From the NCBI GenBank assembly GCA_025786725.1, contig JAHLTZ010000005.1:186001-250000 (forward strand): a stretch of DNA of 64,000 nucleotides, written 5' to 3'. Positions within the stretch are counted from its first letter, which is position 1, and the number at the start of each line of letters is the position of its first letter. The notes beneath the pieces were generated by a model, which saw only the letters and a list, made by a program, of their open reading frames with translations, had not been told where the DNA came from and searched no databases. The DNA comes from Syncephalis fuscata S228 (Eukaryota > Fungi > Zoopagomycota). Position numbers and translations under genes: made by a program. Positions 43,561 through 55,291 of the stretch are shown here, in pieces.

Positions 43561-44866
43561 AGTATTTGTCATAAGTTATACCATCTGCTGTATGTTGGTT
43601 ATGCACTATTCAAAATTGTTTCCGGACTATTACTGGTTTTACTAGCTGTAAAGTCAGCTTATTTCACTTATTAGTATATAAACACTACTTGTAACTAATA
43701 CATGTAATAGAAAACAAACAATAGTTTTGAATACTACATGGTCACTATATGACAGAATAATACATGACAGACTGAATATATAACGGGAAAACATAGACAG
43801 TAACATTGGTTTTATAATGCATACAACTCCATAAATGTAATGAGCAAGAATTATAAATAATAAAGCTATCACAAATTAACAACGATTCTAAATAGAATAA
43901 GTTTAAATAAGCATAAAGTGTTATAGAACAGTAGGAAGGAGCATAATAAATGAGCAATATTCATCTTGTGGTAATGACTTGTTTGGAATGATGACCAATA
44001 CTAATTAGTTGCCTGCTTAAGACATATGTTACAGTTTATTTATACATTATACTTGTTTGCTGTTAATTCGACCAATTGAAGGCTTGCCGCCTGTTGTAAA
44101 TTATTTATTATATCTTTGACAAGGTTTGTAAGCATACTGAAAAGCTGTCTACTGATAATAACTTGTAGATATAGAGCAAGGGTATAGCGGTCTATTAATT
44201 TGCACTCTGTTGCTATGAATGTATTCTTTTTGTAAGATTTATTTATGCTGTTTAAAATATACAAACGCGAATGTGATAAATTGTTGTGCCATAACATATT
44301 TATACTACTCTTTTGTTAATATATATATAAAATACAAAGAATATTATTACACATTTATTGATGTCTTGAATAGCAAAAGTAGAACCTTGAAGGAGTATTA
44401 TAGCGCTGTAATAAGAGTTGACTAAACAAAAGTAATATATACCAATAACTTTGAGGAATAATGTTTTATTAAATGATAAATAATCATACGTGTATTTATA
44501 TCAAACCCATGCTACACGTGTATCAATATTTATATCGTTTAAATTTAAAAGCGTAGTAGCTGTTGAGCTGATGATTCACCACGATAAAGTAACAATAATA
44601 TTGTACTGATAACATATTAAATTAACTAAAATCAAAACAACATATTAGCCAATCCAGCATTTATATATACAATGCCACAATAGATCTACAGCTTGCGCTA
44701 TAGTCTGATTGTAGGCTGGATTTAATGCCTCGTAATCAAACGCTATTGCGTTACCATCAATCATAATCTCAAAATTAAAGAATATAGACATTATTACAAG
44801 TAAACTGTTGTAGCACCATGGCTAGTAAACTTAATAAACAATTTATGATTTATTGAACCTATATTC

Positions 44867-45598
44867 TTAGTTTCCGCAAACAACTGACTTTTCATGTTTG
44901 ACGCACTTGGTCGCTGTAGGGCAACCAAGGGTAACCCAAGCACCGTTGTTGCATATTTTTGTAGAGTTACCGTCGCAGTCCCAAGTACCAGATACACAAA
45001 CACCTTGAGGACCACCAACTGGAGGCGCGGGAGTTGCTGGAGCGGAAACATCTTTAGTCTCGCTCTTTATAACAGGACCAGCGCTTGCTTCTGTTTCCAC
45101 AGTTGTATTTACTGGAGATTCATTACTCTCATCATCATAAATCTCTTCTGTGTCTTCAGTTTCTGTTTGCGTTGTAGCATCGGAATCAGTTACTTCCGCT
45201 GTAGGAGCTGTAGGAGTGGTAGACGTTGTAGGAGCTGTGGTGGTTGTAGAAACTGTAGACGTTGTAGGAGCTGTGGTGGTTGTAGGAGTTGTTTCTTTGC
45301 TTGGCTGCGTTGGAGCCGGAGCCGGAGCCGGAGCCGGAATTGGGGCCGGAGTTTCCTTGTCCTTAAACATGGCAAGGATCTTAGTTGTTAAGTCTTGGTC
45401 GTTACACTTGCACATCAAATTGGCTTCAGTAAAGTCGTAGCAACGATTAAATTGGATGTTTGGACCAATTTTTAAGCAAGTTGACTGGCAAGTCTTTTTC
45501 CATTCTGGATGGAGGCATGGCACTACCGTATCGTCAGCGGATGCAGCGGCAGCGGCAAACGCTATGGTAATAAGAACAGCGACGATTGATGATTGCAT
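44867..45598 (-). CDS. Secreted protein: CSab-defensin-like domain + Pro/Thr/acidic linker + CBM19-like chitin-binding domain
   Basis: Signal peptide; C-x8-C-x3-C-x11-C-x9-C-x-C; PA/TTAP repeats; C-terminal CVSGTWDCDG..KICNNGAWVTLGCPTATKC. Confidence 0.8.
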   Translation of the reverse strand: MQSSIVAVLITIAFAAAAASADDTVVPCLHPEWKKTCQSTCLKIGPNIQFNRCYDFTEANLMCKCNDQDLTTKILAMFKDKETPAPIPAPAPAPAPTQPSKETTPTTTTAPTTSTVSTTTTAPTTSTTPTAPTAEVTDSDATTQTETEDTEEIYDDESNESPVNTTVETEASAGPVIKSETKDVSAPATPAPPVGGPQGVCVSGTWDCDGNSTKICNNGAWVTLGCPTATKCVKHEKSVVCGN

Positions 45599-47134
45599 GT
45601 TGGTATATGGAATGATATGGCTTGTGATATATCAAAATACTGGCCGGCAGAATTTTGTAAACGTGAGTTGAAGTCAGTGTAGAAAGCAAATAGATGGTAT
45701 GAAGATAAGTTGAACTTGTAGCATTTGCGAAGGCTATTTATTTAAACTGAACGAGATAGCTTGGCTTATACTGCTTGCATGGCGAGGTGACATATCGGGA
45801 TTGTAAGAACTTAACGCTGATTTAAAACTTGTTTCTTTGGGGCCCATGCCCATGTGTATGTCAATACACAAAAAGGTAGTACTTGTCAAAAACTACGGGC
45901 CATTCTTAGGTGCACTGAAGCGCTGTTTTATTTTTCCTTGATAGACAGGATAGGTGGTGGCACTTTAGTAAAAAGGGGTGCAAACATAGGACAGTGATGG
46001 CACCAACAAAAGATTTGCGGGTTGCTTTGATATCAACTCCGTTTGTTTGAGGGATGGATGTACATTCATAATGGTGACTGAAACATCTGATGACAAGGCC
46101 ATGCAGCACAGCTTCTATGGATAATATCGATTCAAAAGCACCGTTTTTGTAATTCAAAAGGCTTGCCGTTCCTACTTTGGAAACAAGATATAGCTACCTA
46201 TACATTTCAAGTACATAATGATTTGTATAGTCATCAAGAATCAGGAGAGAGTACACCTGAAACGATGGTTTTGAAAATGACTTGACACTGCATATGATAC
46301 CGTTATCATTGGACAGTTTAGCATTAATGCCGTTATGGCTATTGTTACTACTACTGTTATTAGTACCATCATTAGTGTTATTTATTTTCAAGCATTAAAA
46401 CATAAGGTTTGTCACTTTGTTGAATTATGTGTATACAAATATAACTTTTAAACGATAATATTAAAACGAACAACCGTGTAATGCTTCGAGTTAAAATATT
46501 TTAACAGTCTAAAGGCCATGGCGTGCATATTATTGATTTGCTATCATGTCACTTTAATTAATACAAACCTTGTAAATTATGCACCACTACCATGTAATTA
46601 TTATTGAAATAGGCATGATTACTATTTCATTATTAATTCCCATTTCATTTTACTGGTATTTAAAACCGTTATTTAGTAACTTATCAACTAAACTGTAATA
46701 ATTATTAGTCGATTGAAAAAGTGATCTAATAGTCATTGATATATTCTCGAGTTATCTTCTAAGGAAATCTATTTTATAATATGGCCAACGTAATAGATAT
46801 TAAGAATCGGTATATGTTGTTTTCAGGAACAATACTATAGCAATTTCTAGATTACAATACCAGCATCAAGCCTTTTAAAGGTACACCAATAAAACATGTG
46901 GTTAATTAAATTGATCGTATAGAAAAAACGAAGGTTTACTACATTTACGTTTGACCATTTTATCAAATAGCGGTAACATCGATGATTTATAACCATTTTA
47001 GTAAACGAATAAGTTTCATTAATATTTTAAAAAAGCTCAATTAGCTTATTGCTTTATCTTATTAAAAAGTAAAGTTTTTAATATTATAGTTAGTTATTGT
47101 GTTGGTTTCGACTAATTATTATTACCTTATTGAC

Positions 47135-47377
47135 TTATTTCTTTTCCTCAAACTTAGCAATTAGTTGGCTTGTCAGATCCTGGCCATTGCACTTGCACAT
47201 CAAATTGTTTTTGTCATAGTCGTAGCAGCGGTTGAATTCGATGTTTGGGCCAATCTTTAAACACTCTTCTTGACAAGTCTTTTTCCATTCGGGATAAAGA
47301 CATGCAGCTCCATCTGCCGCAGCAACGGTGGCGGCAAACCCAGCGATAACAAGTCCAACGATAATTGAGGATTTCAT
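47135..47377 (-). CDS. Small secreted CSab-defensin-like protein (single domain)
   Basis: Signal peptide + CLYPEWKKTCQEECLKIGPNIEFNRCYDYDKNNLMCKC, paralogue of 44867..45598. Confidence 0.85.
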   Translation of the reverse strand: MKSSIIVGLVIAGFAATVAAADGAACLYPEWKKTCQEECLKIGPNIEFNRCYDYDKNNLMCKCNGQDLTSQLIAKFEEKK

Positions 47378-48431
47378 GCTGTTTGGTATATAAGATGATA
47401 GAATTTGTGAGATGTAAAATACTGATCAACAGAATTTATGGCAGTAATTTATGGTCAGCATAGAAAGCAAATAAATGTTATAAAACTTATTGTGTGTTAT
47501 TTAAATAGATAGATTGTTAAGCAACACAAATCAGTTTGGCATATAATGTTTGAAAATTTAGGCTAATAAAACTAGAGTTATTAAAGCATAATGCATATGT
47601 AAAACCTGTTTCTTCTTGGCATTCATAGTAGCGTATGTCTCGGAGTGCGGAAATGTGACATTCGTGGAAACTATGAGCCATTATTAAATAAATCAAAACA
47701 TTGTTCTACCTCAAATTAAGGCAGTAAAATAATCAATAGCATTTAGTAAAATAAGATGTGGATATAATATGGTTACAATGCTAATAAAATGTCTGTTGAA
47801 GATTTGATGTGTTCATTACCAGCTTTTATTTCATTTCACTAATGTTTAAAAAGTTATTTAATTTATTAATTAGGTTGTGGTAATTATGGTTAATTAAAAA
47901 TAATGGATTTAATAGCTTCAATATATTTTTTAATTATTTACTAAAATAAACTGTTGTGTAGCATGTTCAACGTAATAAATATTAAAATTGATATATATAT
48001 ATATATATTATTCTATGGAACAATACAGTAATGCCGTACAGGCTATAATATTTGTATAAACTTTTCAAAAGCATATTAGTAAAATATATCGTGCATGAAA
48101 TTAATATCATAGAGCAAACAGGGGCTCAATACATTTACGTTTAATTTTAATTTTTTATCAAATTGAAATACTTGTTGCCATTAAAACTAACGTTTATTTC
48201 CAAGTCAATTGCAATGAGTATTTATCTTCATATCTGCTCAATAAACTAAGTATCTGAATAACTAATACCTAAATAAGCTTGTTAGCACTTCTAATTAGAC
48301 ACACAATTTTAAAACTGCACTAGCTATACAATAAATACTGGCTATTTACATTAGTTGTAAATTATATTGATTTTTTAAACGACTATATATTGTGTTTAAA
48401 ATGAGTCATTATTTATTAAACACATTTGCAT

Positions 48432-48562
48432 TTAGTTATTTCAGGCAGTTGCTTTGGTCGACCTAGCGCATTTGGCTCTCGAGGGACAGCCGGTATTAAT
48501 CCAGCGCTGTTACTGCATAACTTAGCCATAATGCCATCATAGTTCCAGGCACCATTTTCTCA
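48432..48562 (-). pseudogene. Relic CBM19-like domain beyond the stop codon of the third paralogue
   Basis: *ENGAWNYDGIMAKLCSNS/WINTGCPSRAKCARSTKATA*NN* aligns with the C-terminal domain of 44867..45598. Confidence 0.8.
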
Positions 48563-49225
48563 AGCTTCATCAGCAGATGGAGAAGCTGGACCATCAGTTT
48601 TCTTGGCTTGTTTATGCTGCTTTCCTTTGCGATGATTTCTTCTGGGTCCTTTACGACCTTTAGACTTCTTAGTGTCCTTTTTAGTGGGCTTCTCAGGTTT
48701 AGTTTCGGTAGGATTCTTGGCAGGTTCATTGGAGTCAGCTTCGACAGGTTCCTTGGGATCAGTCTTGCCAGGCTTTTTGGAGTCAGTCTTGTTAGGCTTT
48801 TTGGAGTCAGTCTTGTTAGGCTTTTTAGACTCATCGTCGACAGGTTCTTTGGGCTCATCTCCGACAGGTTCTTTGGGCTCATCTTCGACAGGTTCTTTGG
48901 GCTCATCTTCGACAGGTTCTTTACTAGGCTTTTCAGGAGAAGAGGGCGGTGTAGTTGGAGCTGGAGCTGGAGCTGGATTCTTGTTGTCCTTAAACATGGC
49001 AAGGATCTTAGTTGTTAAGTCTTCGTCGTTACACTTGCACATCAAATTGGCTTCAGTAAAGTCGTAGCAACGGTTAAATTGGATGTTTGGACCAATTTTT
49101 AAGCAAGTTGACTGGCAAGTCTTTTTCCATTCTGGATGGAGGCATGGCACCACCGTATCGTCAGCGGATGCAGCGGCAGCGGCAAACGCTATGGTAATAA
49201 GAACAGCGACGATTGATGATTGCAT
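48560..49225 (-). CDS. Secreted defensin-like protein with KEPVEDEP / KKPNKTDS repeats and basic tail
   Basis: First 80 aa nearly identical to 44867..45598; 24-bp tandem repeats; Lys/Arg-rich tail. Confidence 0.85.
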   Translation of the reverse strand: MQSSIVAVLITIAFAAAAASADDTVVPCLHPEWKKTCQSTCLKIGPNIQFNRCYDFTEANLMCKCNDEDLTTKILAMFKDNKNPAPAPAPTTPPSSPEKPSKEPVEDEPKEPVEDEPKEPVGDEPKEPVDDESKKPNKTDSKKPNKTDSKKPGKTDPKEPVEADSNEPAKNPTETKPEKPTKKDTKKSKGRKGPRRNHRKGKQHKQAKKTDGPASPSADEA

Positions 49226-50457
49226 GTTGGTATATGGAATGATATGGCTTGTGATATATCAAAATACTGGCCGGCAGAATTTTGTAAGCGTAATTTGGAG
49301 TTGCGTAGAAAGTAAGTAAATGGTATGAAGATAAGCTGAACTTGTAGCATTTGCGAAGGCTATTTATTTGAAATAATTATGATAAAACAATGTGTTAGGA
49401 GCCCTCATAAGGTTTTGAATGGTACAAACTTGGCACATCAAACACATCTACTTAAGATGATGGCCACAATATGCTAAGAGATTGCAAAAGCGGATTCAAT
49501 TGGAAACGCGTATTTCGTGAACTAATCAGTGCTACGTTACATTTAGTTGAATTTAAAACAATAAAGGAGACCAATAGTATACATCATTAAAAAAAGTCAG
49601 TAGACATACGGTTGCCACTATAATATTGTTTAGTTTATTTAATAAATTTAATGCCTTTTTGTTGATTGCAAATAAATGCACTGGCAATATTAGTGCTAAT
49701 GCATTTATACATGTACTATGTCTTTTCTTGAAAACTAAATAGTAAATCTCGCAGATCTTTGTTATGTCTTTTTAAAAAAGGCCTTATAAATACACATATA
49801 TCCCCTGTTTCAGGTACAATATACATGTCATGGGTGTGGACACGTCGTATTTAAAACACAGTTTAATAAAGTTTTGCCAATGCTGTAACGTTTCTTATGG
49901 CTTAATTTGTACATATGAAAATATAATTTAAACTGGTGTAAAAGCTATGATGAATAGCTGTTTATATCATAACTGTTTATTAACTAAAGCACTTTAGATT
50001 ACCGGCTTTAATTAATGTTTGAGTTGTATAATACGCTAATATAAATACTATTAGAAACAACACTTTATTACATTGATTTTGCAAATAAAAGTAGTATTTG
50101 GCAGTAGTATTAAATTCTAGCAATATCTCTCATTGAATTGCATCGTCAGCTGATAAATATCGCAACCACGGGAACTAACCCAGTGATGTCGAGGCTTTTG
50201 ATAGGTAGATTGAACGTGTGATGCGTATGGAAATCCTCTTGCCTAAATTGACATTGATTTTTGCGTGATGAAAACACATGCGCGTGGTCACATGCATCAG
50301 CCTGCATGTTGATATATAAAAAATGATAAGAAGTATAATTGCCAAGATATACTTTGTAATTTGTTCGTTTGCTTATTTACTTGCTTATTCTGCCAACCAC
50401 AGACGTATGCATATTTTATATAACTATTTGTTAGCTGTAAACATAATTGTTTTTTAA

Positions 50458-50973
50458 ATGGAATTAAACGCGACTAATGAAACGAGTGCAGATGAGCCTG
50501 ACATTCAGCAAATCACTACTAATAACTTGAGCAGCCAATGCGAAATATTTTGCAATCAGTGGATAACAAAACCATTGAACAAGTTGTGGAAATGCGTTGT
50601 TACAATAGACGCGTGGTTCGATGGCGCACCATCAGTAGAGGAGCGTCGTTTACAAGAACGAGAACAACGTCAAGCAAAAGAGTTGATTTGGCGACGACAG
50701 AATCAGTACATAATAAATGCTCGTTCTATTGACTCGCTGGCTACAATTATGGTCACCAGTGAAAAAGAAGAAGTAATAGCAAAAGCTACAAATCGACAGC
50801 CAGCAATAATGATACCGCAAGTACAACAACAGCATTCATGCACAATTGACCAATTAACAACTAATCATCTTTGTAATGATAGCTCAGTCCAACCATTGAA
50901 TGAGCAGGAACAGCGCGAGTACATACAAACATGTGTCGATTTATCTGGATTCCCTCCTTCGCTTTATTTATAG
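50458..50973 (+). CDS. Hypothetical protein (171 aa)
   Basis: Single ATG-started ORF in AT-rich context, TATATAAA at ~50313. Confidence 0.55.
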   Translation: MELNATNETSADEPDIQQITTNNLSSQCEIFCNQWITKPLNKLWKCVVTIDAWFDGAPSVEERRLQEREQRQAKELIWRRQNQYIINARSIDSLATIMVTSEKEEVIAKATNRQPAIMIPQVQQQHSCTIDQLTTNHLCNDSSVQPLNEQEQREYIQTCVDLSGFPPSLYL

Positions 50974-51708
50974 CACAAATATCCATTTTTATAATATTAT
51001 TTCTAAAAGTCTGCGGGCCCTGCTATATGACTATTAGATTAAATAAAATTATTATTAACACTGTATTATATGCCATTGAAAATTATTATATGATTTGTCT
51101 CTTATAAATAATAGTGCAAAATGTTACACTACAATAACAGGCCCTCTAACTTGTTATACAAAATAATGTTTATAGCAACAGCTACTAATTAAGTCCAATG
51201 ATCTCATAGCAAATGGTCTTTAGTAACATATAAATAGTTTTATTGCTATTTCACTAATAGTATTAATAAATAGACAGTATAATTATGCTAATTATACAAT
51301 TAGTCTATTGGCTTTATTATCAATTGCTTTATTATTTGGCATAGTATTTCCATTACTTATGTTCAACACTGTCGTTTTTAGTAAAAAATGACATTAATTA
51401 CTAGATATTGGCTGCAATAATAGATGTCGTTTATTGTGTGCATAATAGTGTGTGCATAATATTTCAATGTGTTGCAAAATAGAAATATTATGTTCAAAAG
51501 TAATACAATGGTTGCACACGACAATGGGATGCTGCCAGTCTTGCATGACGTCTGCAGTGTCCTGAGCGCAATGTTCTTTGTCTCAACGCATGTTACGTTT
51601 TAAACTGTTGTGCTTTCTGCCTTCGTTTTCTTACTTTGTTTTTCGCTTTCGTTTGTGCTTTCGTTTTGTGTTTTGTTCTCAATATCCCTCTTGTCAATAA
51701 CTTTACAA

Positions 51709-54676
51709 ATGGTCACCAAATCAATTAAGCCACCCTGTAAGTCAGCGTGTATCAACTATAGCATGATTTGTACAAATAGTTATTGATATCATTTAACTAT
51801 TCGTATAGCCACTATCTCAGGCAAAACATGTTTGATTTGCTATGATTCCATTAAAATTACAGATTTCAATGGAACAATTATAAAGAAAAAAAATGAAGCA
51901 CCGACTGGCACAGTATTGGACTGCGGCCATGGATATTGTTTTGGCTGCTTTGTCAGACACTTACAATCACTTATTACAGCTGCTGTCTGTAAATTCCCAG
52001 TTAAATGTCCCTATCCTGATTGTGCACAGGTGATATCCGACGATATGGCAAAGCAGCTTCTTTCGCCCGCGGAATATCGTCGTTGGCGCCAAAGAAAAGT
52101 CGAGAGCGATCCAAAGTGCATTGTAAGTGCATTGACCTTAATTCTAGCAACTAATAGTTAATTTGCCGTAAAGATGTTTTGCCCAAACAAACGATGCAGC
52201 CACACTATATGGACTGTAATTGACGGCAATCCGCAGCCTTCTCCAGCTAAATGTCCAGAGTGCAAGCTGATACTATGTCTGCGCTGCAAAACAGAGCATC
52301 ACAAAGGTATGTCAATCTGCCACACTAAACAACTGTTTTAATAGTACAGTTGATAGGTATGAGCTGCGGTGAATATGCCAATCTTCCAAAAGCAGAAAAA
52401 TATAAAGAAGACTGGGACACATTAAAGCTTGCCGGCCCAAATCGATGGCGACACTGTCCGATATGTAACGCCTTAGTTGAGCGGAATACTGGCTGTAAGA
52501 AGATGACCTGCACTTGTACTGCTCAATTGTAAGAAGCTTGAAATGCATATAAATTTAACTATTTCTAACATCAACCGATAGCTGCTTTGGTTGTGGCACA
52601 GTATGGACTAAGAAAAAAAACTCCAAAAGCTGCTGTGCACTTCAAAGTCATGATTTAGACCGTGGCATAATGGTTCAAGCATCCAATACTTCTAATGCTC
52701 AGACCAGCACTGATAAACGTAAATTCAGTATTGCTGTTCTCGCGAGCGGTAGATTTCTTCAAGACAGTAAGAACACTTGGTTCCGCACCATGGCACTTCA
52801 AAAACGATGTGGCTATTGTGATCAAAAATTTAAATCTTTGGATGCGTTGCATGCCCATTTGGAAGAAACTCGAAAACATACCACGTATATTTGTTGCGAG
52901 CAACTATTTTCAAGTTCAAGCGCGTACAATGCACACGTAAAGACACATGAAAAAGCCAAACCACCCACATCAACTGTAAATACTGCTCCTGCTTCAATTT
53001 CTGTAAATAGCACAGATCCAAAGGTGCCACTTCCTGCTACAAAGTCTACAGCAAGCACCAGCAAAGAAGTAAAAACTTTAGCGTCATCTAAAAGTCCATC
53101 AGCTAAGAAACCAGCATTGGTCAATCGTAAAGAGGTAGCCAGCGTTGATATTAAAGTGCTGTTGAATGATAAGGAGAGGAATTTTAAAGATTCAGCTTGG
53201 CTGGCACTATCCGAAAAAGGGAAGTGCTGCCCATATTGCCAACGCAAATTCAAGAATCCAGCAGCTCTGCATGAACATTTGATAAAATTTACCAAACATG
53301 AAGTATATATTTGCTGTAAATCGCTTTTTCCTAATGCTTCAGCATTGAAATTACATAAGGAATCTCATACATTAGCATCCAATCTACCGTCAAATAAACC
53401 TTCAACTCAACAAAAGACGTCATCAAACTCAGTTTGCACTCCTACATCATCATCTATTTCAAAATCAGATATTGCTAAACCGAATTTGCCTAAACCAACA
53501 TTGTCTACTTCAAACAATACTTCTACTAAGCAGCAAGTACCCACCAATTCCAAGCCAGCTGCAATTGAAACTCATGTCTGTTGTGGACGCATTTTTAGCA
53601 CATCAGCAGCAAAAAATGAACATATACAAAACTCGCGTCGTCATCAATCAACATTAAAACAGGACTTACACATTCGCTCTGAGCCGCACAAAGCATCGTC
53701 ATCTGCCTCAGCCAATACTTCTGTTAAGCAGCAAGTAGCTATTAGTTTTCATCCACATGTATCTGAAGTTTATTATTGTTGTGGACGCACTTTTAGCACA
53801 TTGGAAGCAAAACGTGAACATATAAAAACATCATGTTATTATCAAACACCATTAGAAAAAAAACCATGCCCTTATGAGCCAGGAACTATTGAATATGAAT
53901 ATTATAAATCAACATCATTTACTTCAAACGATACTTCTACTAAGCAGCAAGTACCCATCAATTCCAAGCCAGCTGCAATTGAAAATCACGCCTGTTGTGG
54001 TTACACCTTTAGTACATCAGCAGCAAAAAATGAACATATACAAAACTCGCGTTGTCATCAATCAACATTAAAACAGGACTTACACATTCGCTCTGAGCCG
54101 CACAAAGCATCGTCATCTGCTTCAGCCAATACTTCTGTTAAGCAGCAAGTATACAACATTTCCAAATCAGCTGCTTCTGAAATTTATTATTGTTGTGGAT
54201 ACGCCTTTAACACACCGGAAGCAAAACGTCAACATATACAAAACTCGTATTATCATCAATCCAAATTGAAAGAAAAATCATGCCCTTATGAGCCGAGAAC
54301 TATTAGATATGAATCTTACAAAGCATTGTCATACGCTTCAGCTAGTACTTCTGCTAAGCAAGCAATGTCTATTAATTCTCAGCCTGCCGCATCTAAAAAC
54401 TTTTATTGTTGCGGGCTTGCTTTTAGTACATTAGCAGCAAAGCGGGAGCATATACGAAACTCTTATTATCATTCCATAATGAGTCAAGATCTATCTACTC
54501 AAGAACAACAGATTTTAATGGATTTACTAAAATCCGATAATTTAGTAAATTCGCCGATGTTGCCACTGCCATCTTCTTCACCAAGAGCAACTAAATCTTG
54601 TTGCTCATGTGGAACGCAATTTTGTTTTTGGATCATTATTATTTTGGCTTCTATTTTTATTTGGATTAGAAAATAG
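51709..54676 (+). CDS. RBR (RING1-IBR-RING2) E3 ubiquitin ligase fused to a zinc-finger array and C-terminal TM anchor
   Basis: CLIC..CGHGYCFGC..CPYPDC; FCPNKRC..CPEC..CLRC..HH; HCPIC..VERNTGCKKMTCTC..FCFGC; last exon reads in frame into ORF 52670..54676; hydrophobic FWIIIILASIFIWIRK end. Confidence 0.85.
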
Positions 54677-54955
54677 CTATTATTGTTATAGTCTTAGTTT
54701 AAGGCATTCTTTTTTATCATATATGACACTTTAGTAAAGCTATAGTTAAATTTGTATGATAAATACAACACTATTTTATAAGTATGCACAGAGCTGTACT
54801 TTATTGATGCAAATAACTGTCTATGTAGTATTTGCTGATATCAATGGTTTAAATTAATTTGTTTTATGATTGCTGTCGAATGCTTAATAGAATTCAATAT
54901 TGTGTAATATAACCGATTATAGGCTATTTGGAAATCAGGTGCTTTATAATTATAC

Positions 54956-55225
54956 TGTAACACCCGGAACTTACCCCGACTCTTTTTCCCAAGTAATATT
55001 AATCATTATTAATGGGAAAGTAATATTAAGTCCGCTCGTATCCATAATCCCTATTTTACAGTATAAGTACTTCACATTCATAACAAATAATAAAAACATT
55101 AGTATTAGTATCAGTATTAATCTTGACTCTACTCCAACTTTGATTTTATTCTTTATTTTGGTGCCTTATCCAATTACAATTAAACCATTGTTGTAAAATT
55201 AACAACAGTGCACCAAAAATTTACA
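54956..55225 (+). repeat. 5' LTR (270 bp)
   Basis: TGTAACACCC...TTTACA, matches 58038-58305. Confidence 0.95.
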
Positions 55226-55226
55226 T

Positions 55227-55236
55227 TGGCGAGCAC
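55227..55236 (+). promoter_or_regulatory. Primer-binding site TGGCGAGCAC (possibly tRNA-Arg)
   Basis: TGG 1 nt after the LTR; its complement GCTCGCCA resembles eukaryotic tRNA-Arg(ACG) 3' ends. Confidence 0.65.
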
Positions 55237-55291
55237 AATAGAGGACCAACGTTCTCCTACGCTTTAAGACTATTACTAGTACAGCGTTTCC

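Noticed and set aside
45906-46391. Two short minus-strand ORFs between the defensin-like genes
   Set aside because: No ATG start, signal peptide or recognisable motif; may be a decayed gene but cannot be supported
48441-48562. Genome-wide UGA reassignment to Cys
   Set aside because: TGA appears to act as a normal stop elsewhere in the window (26256, 19347)
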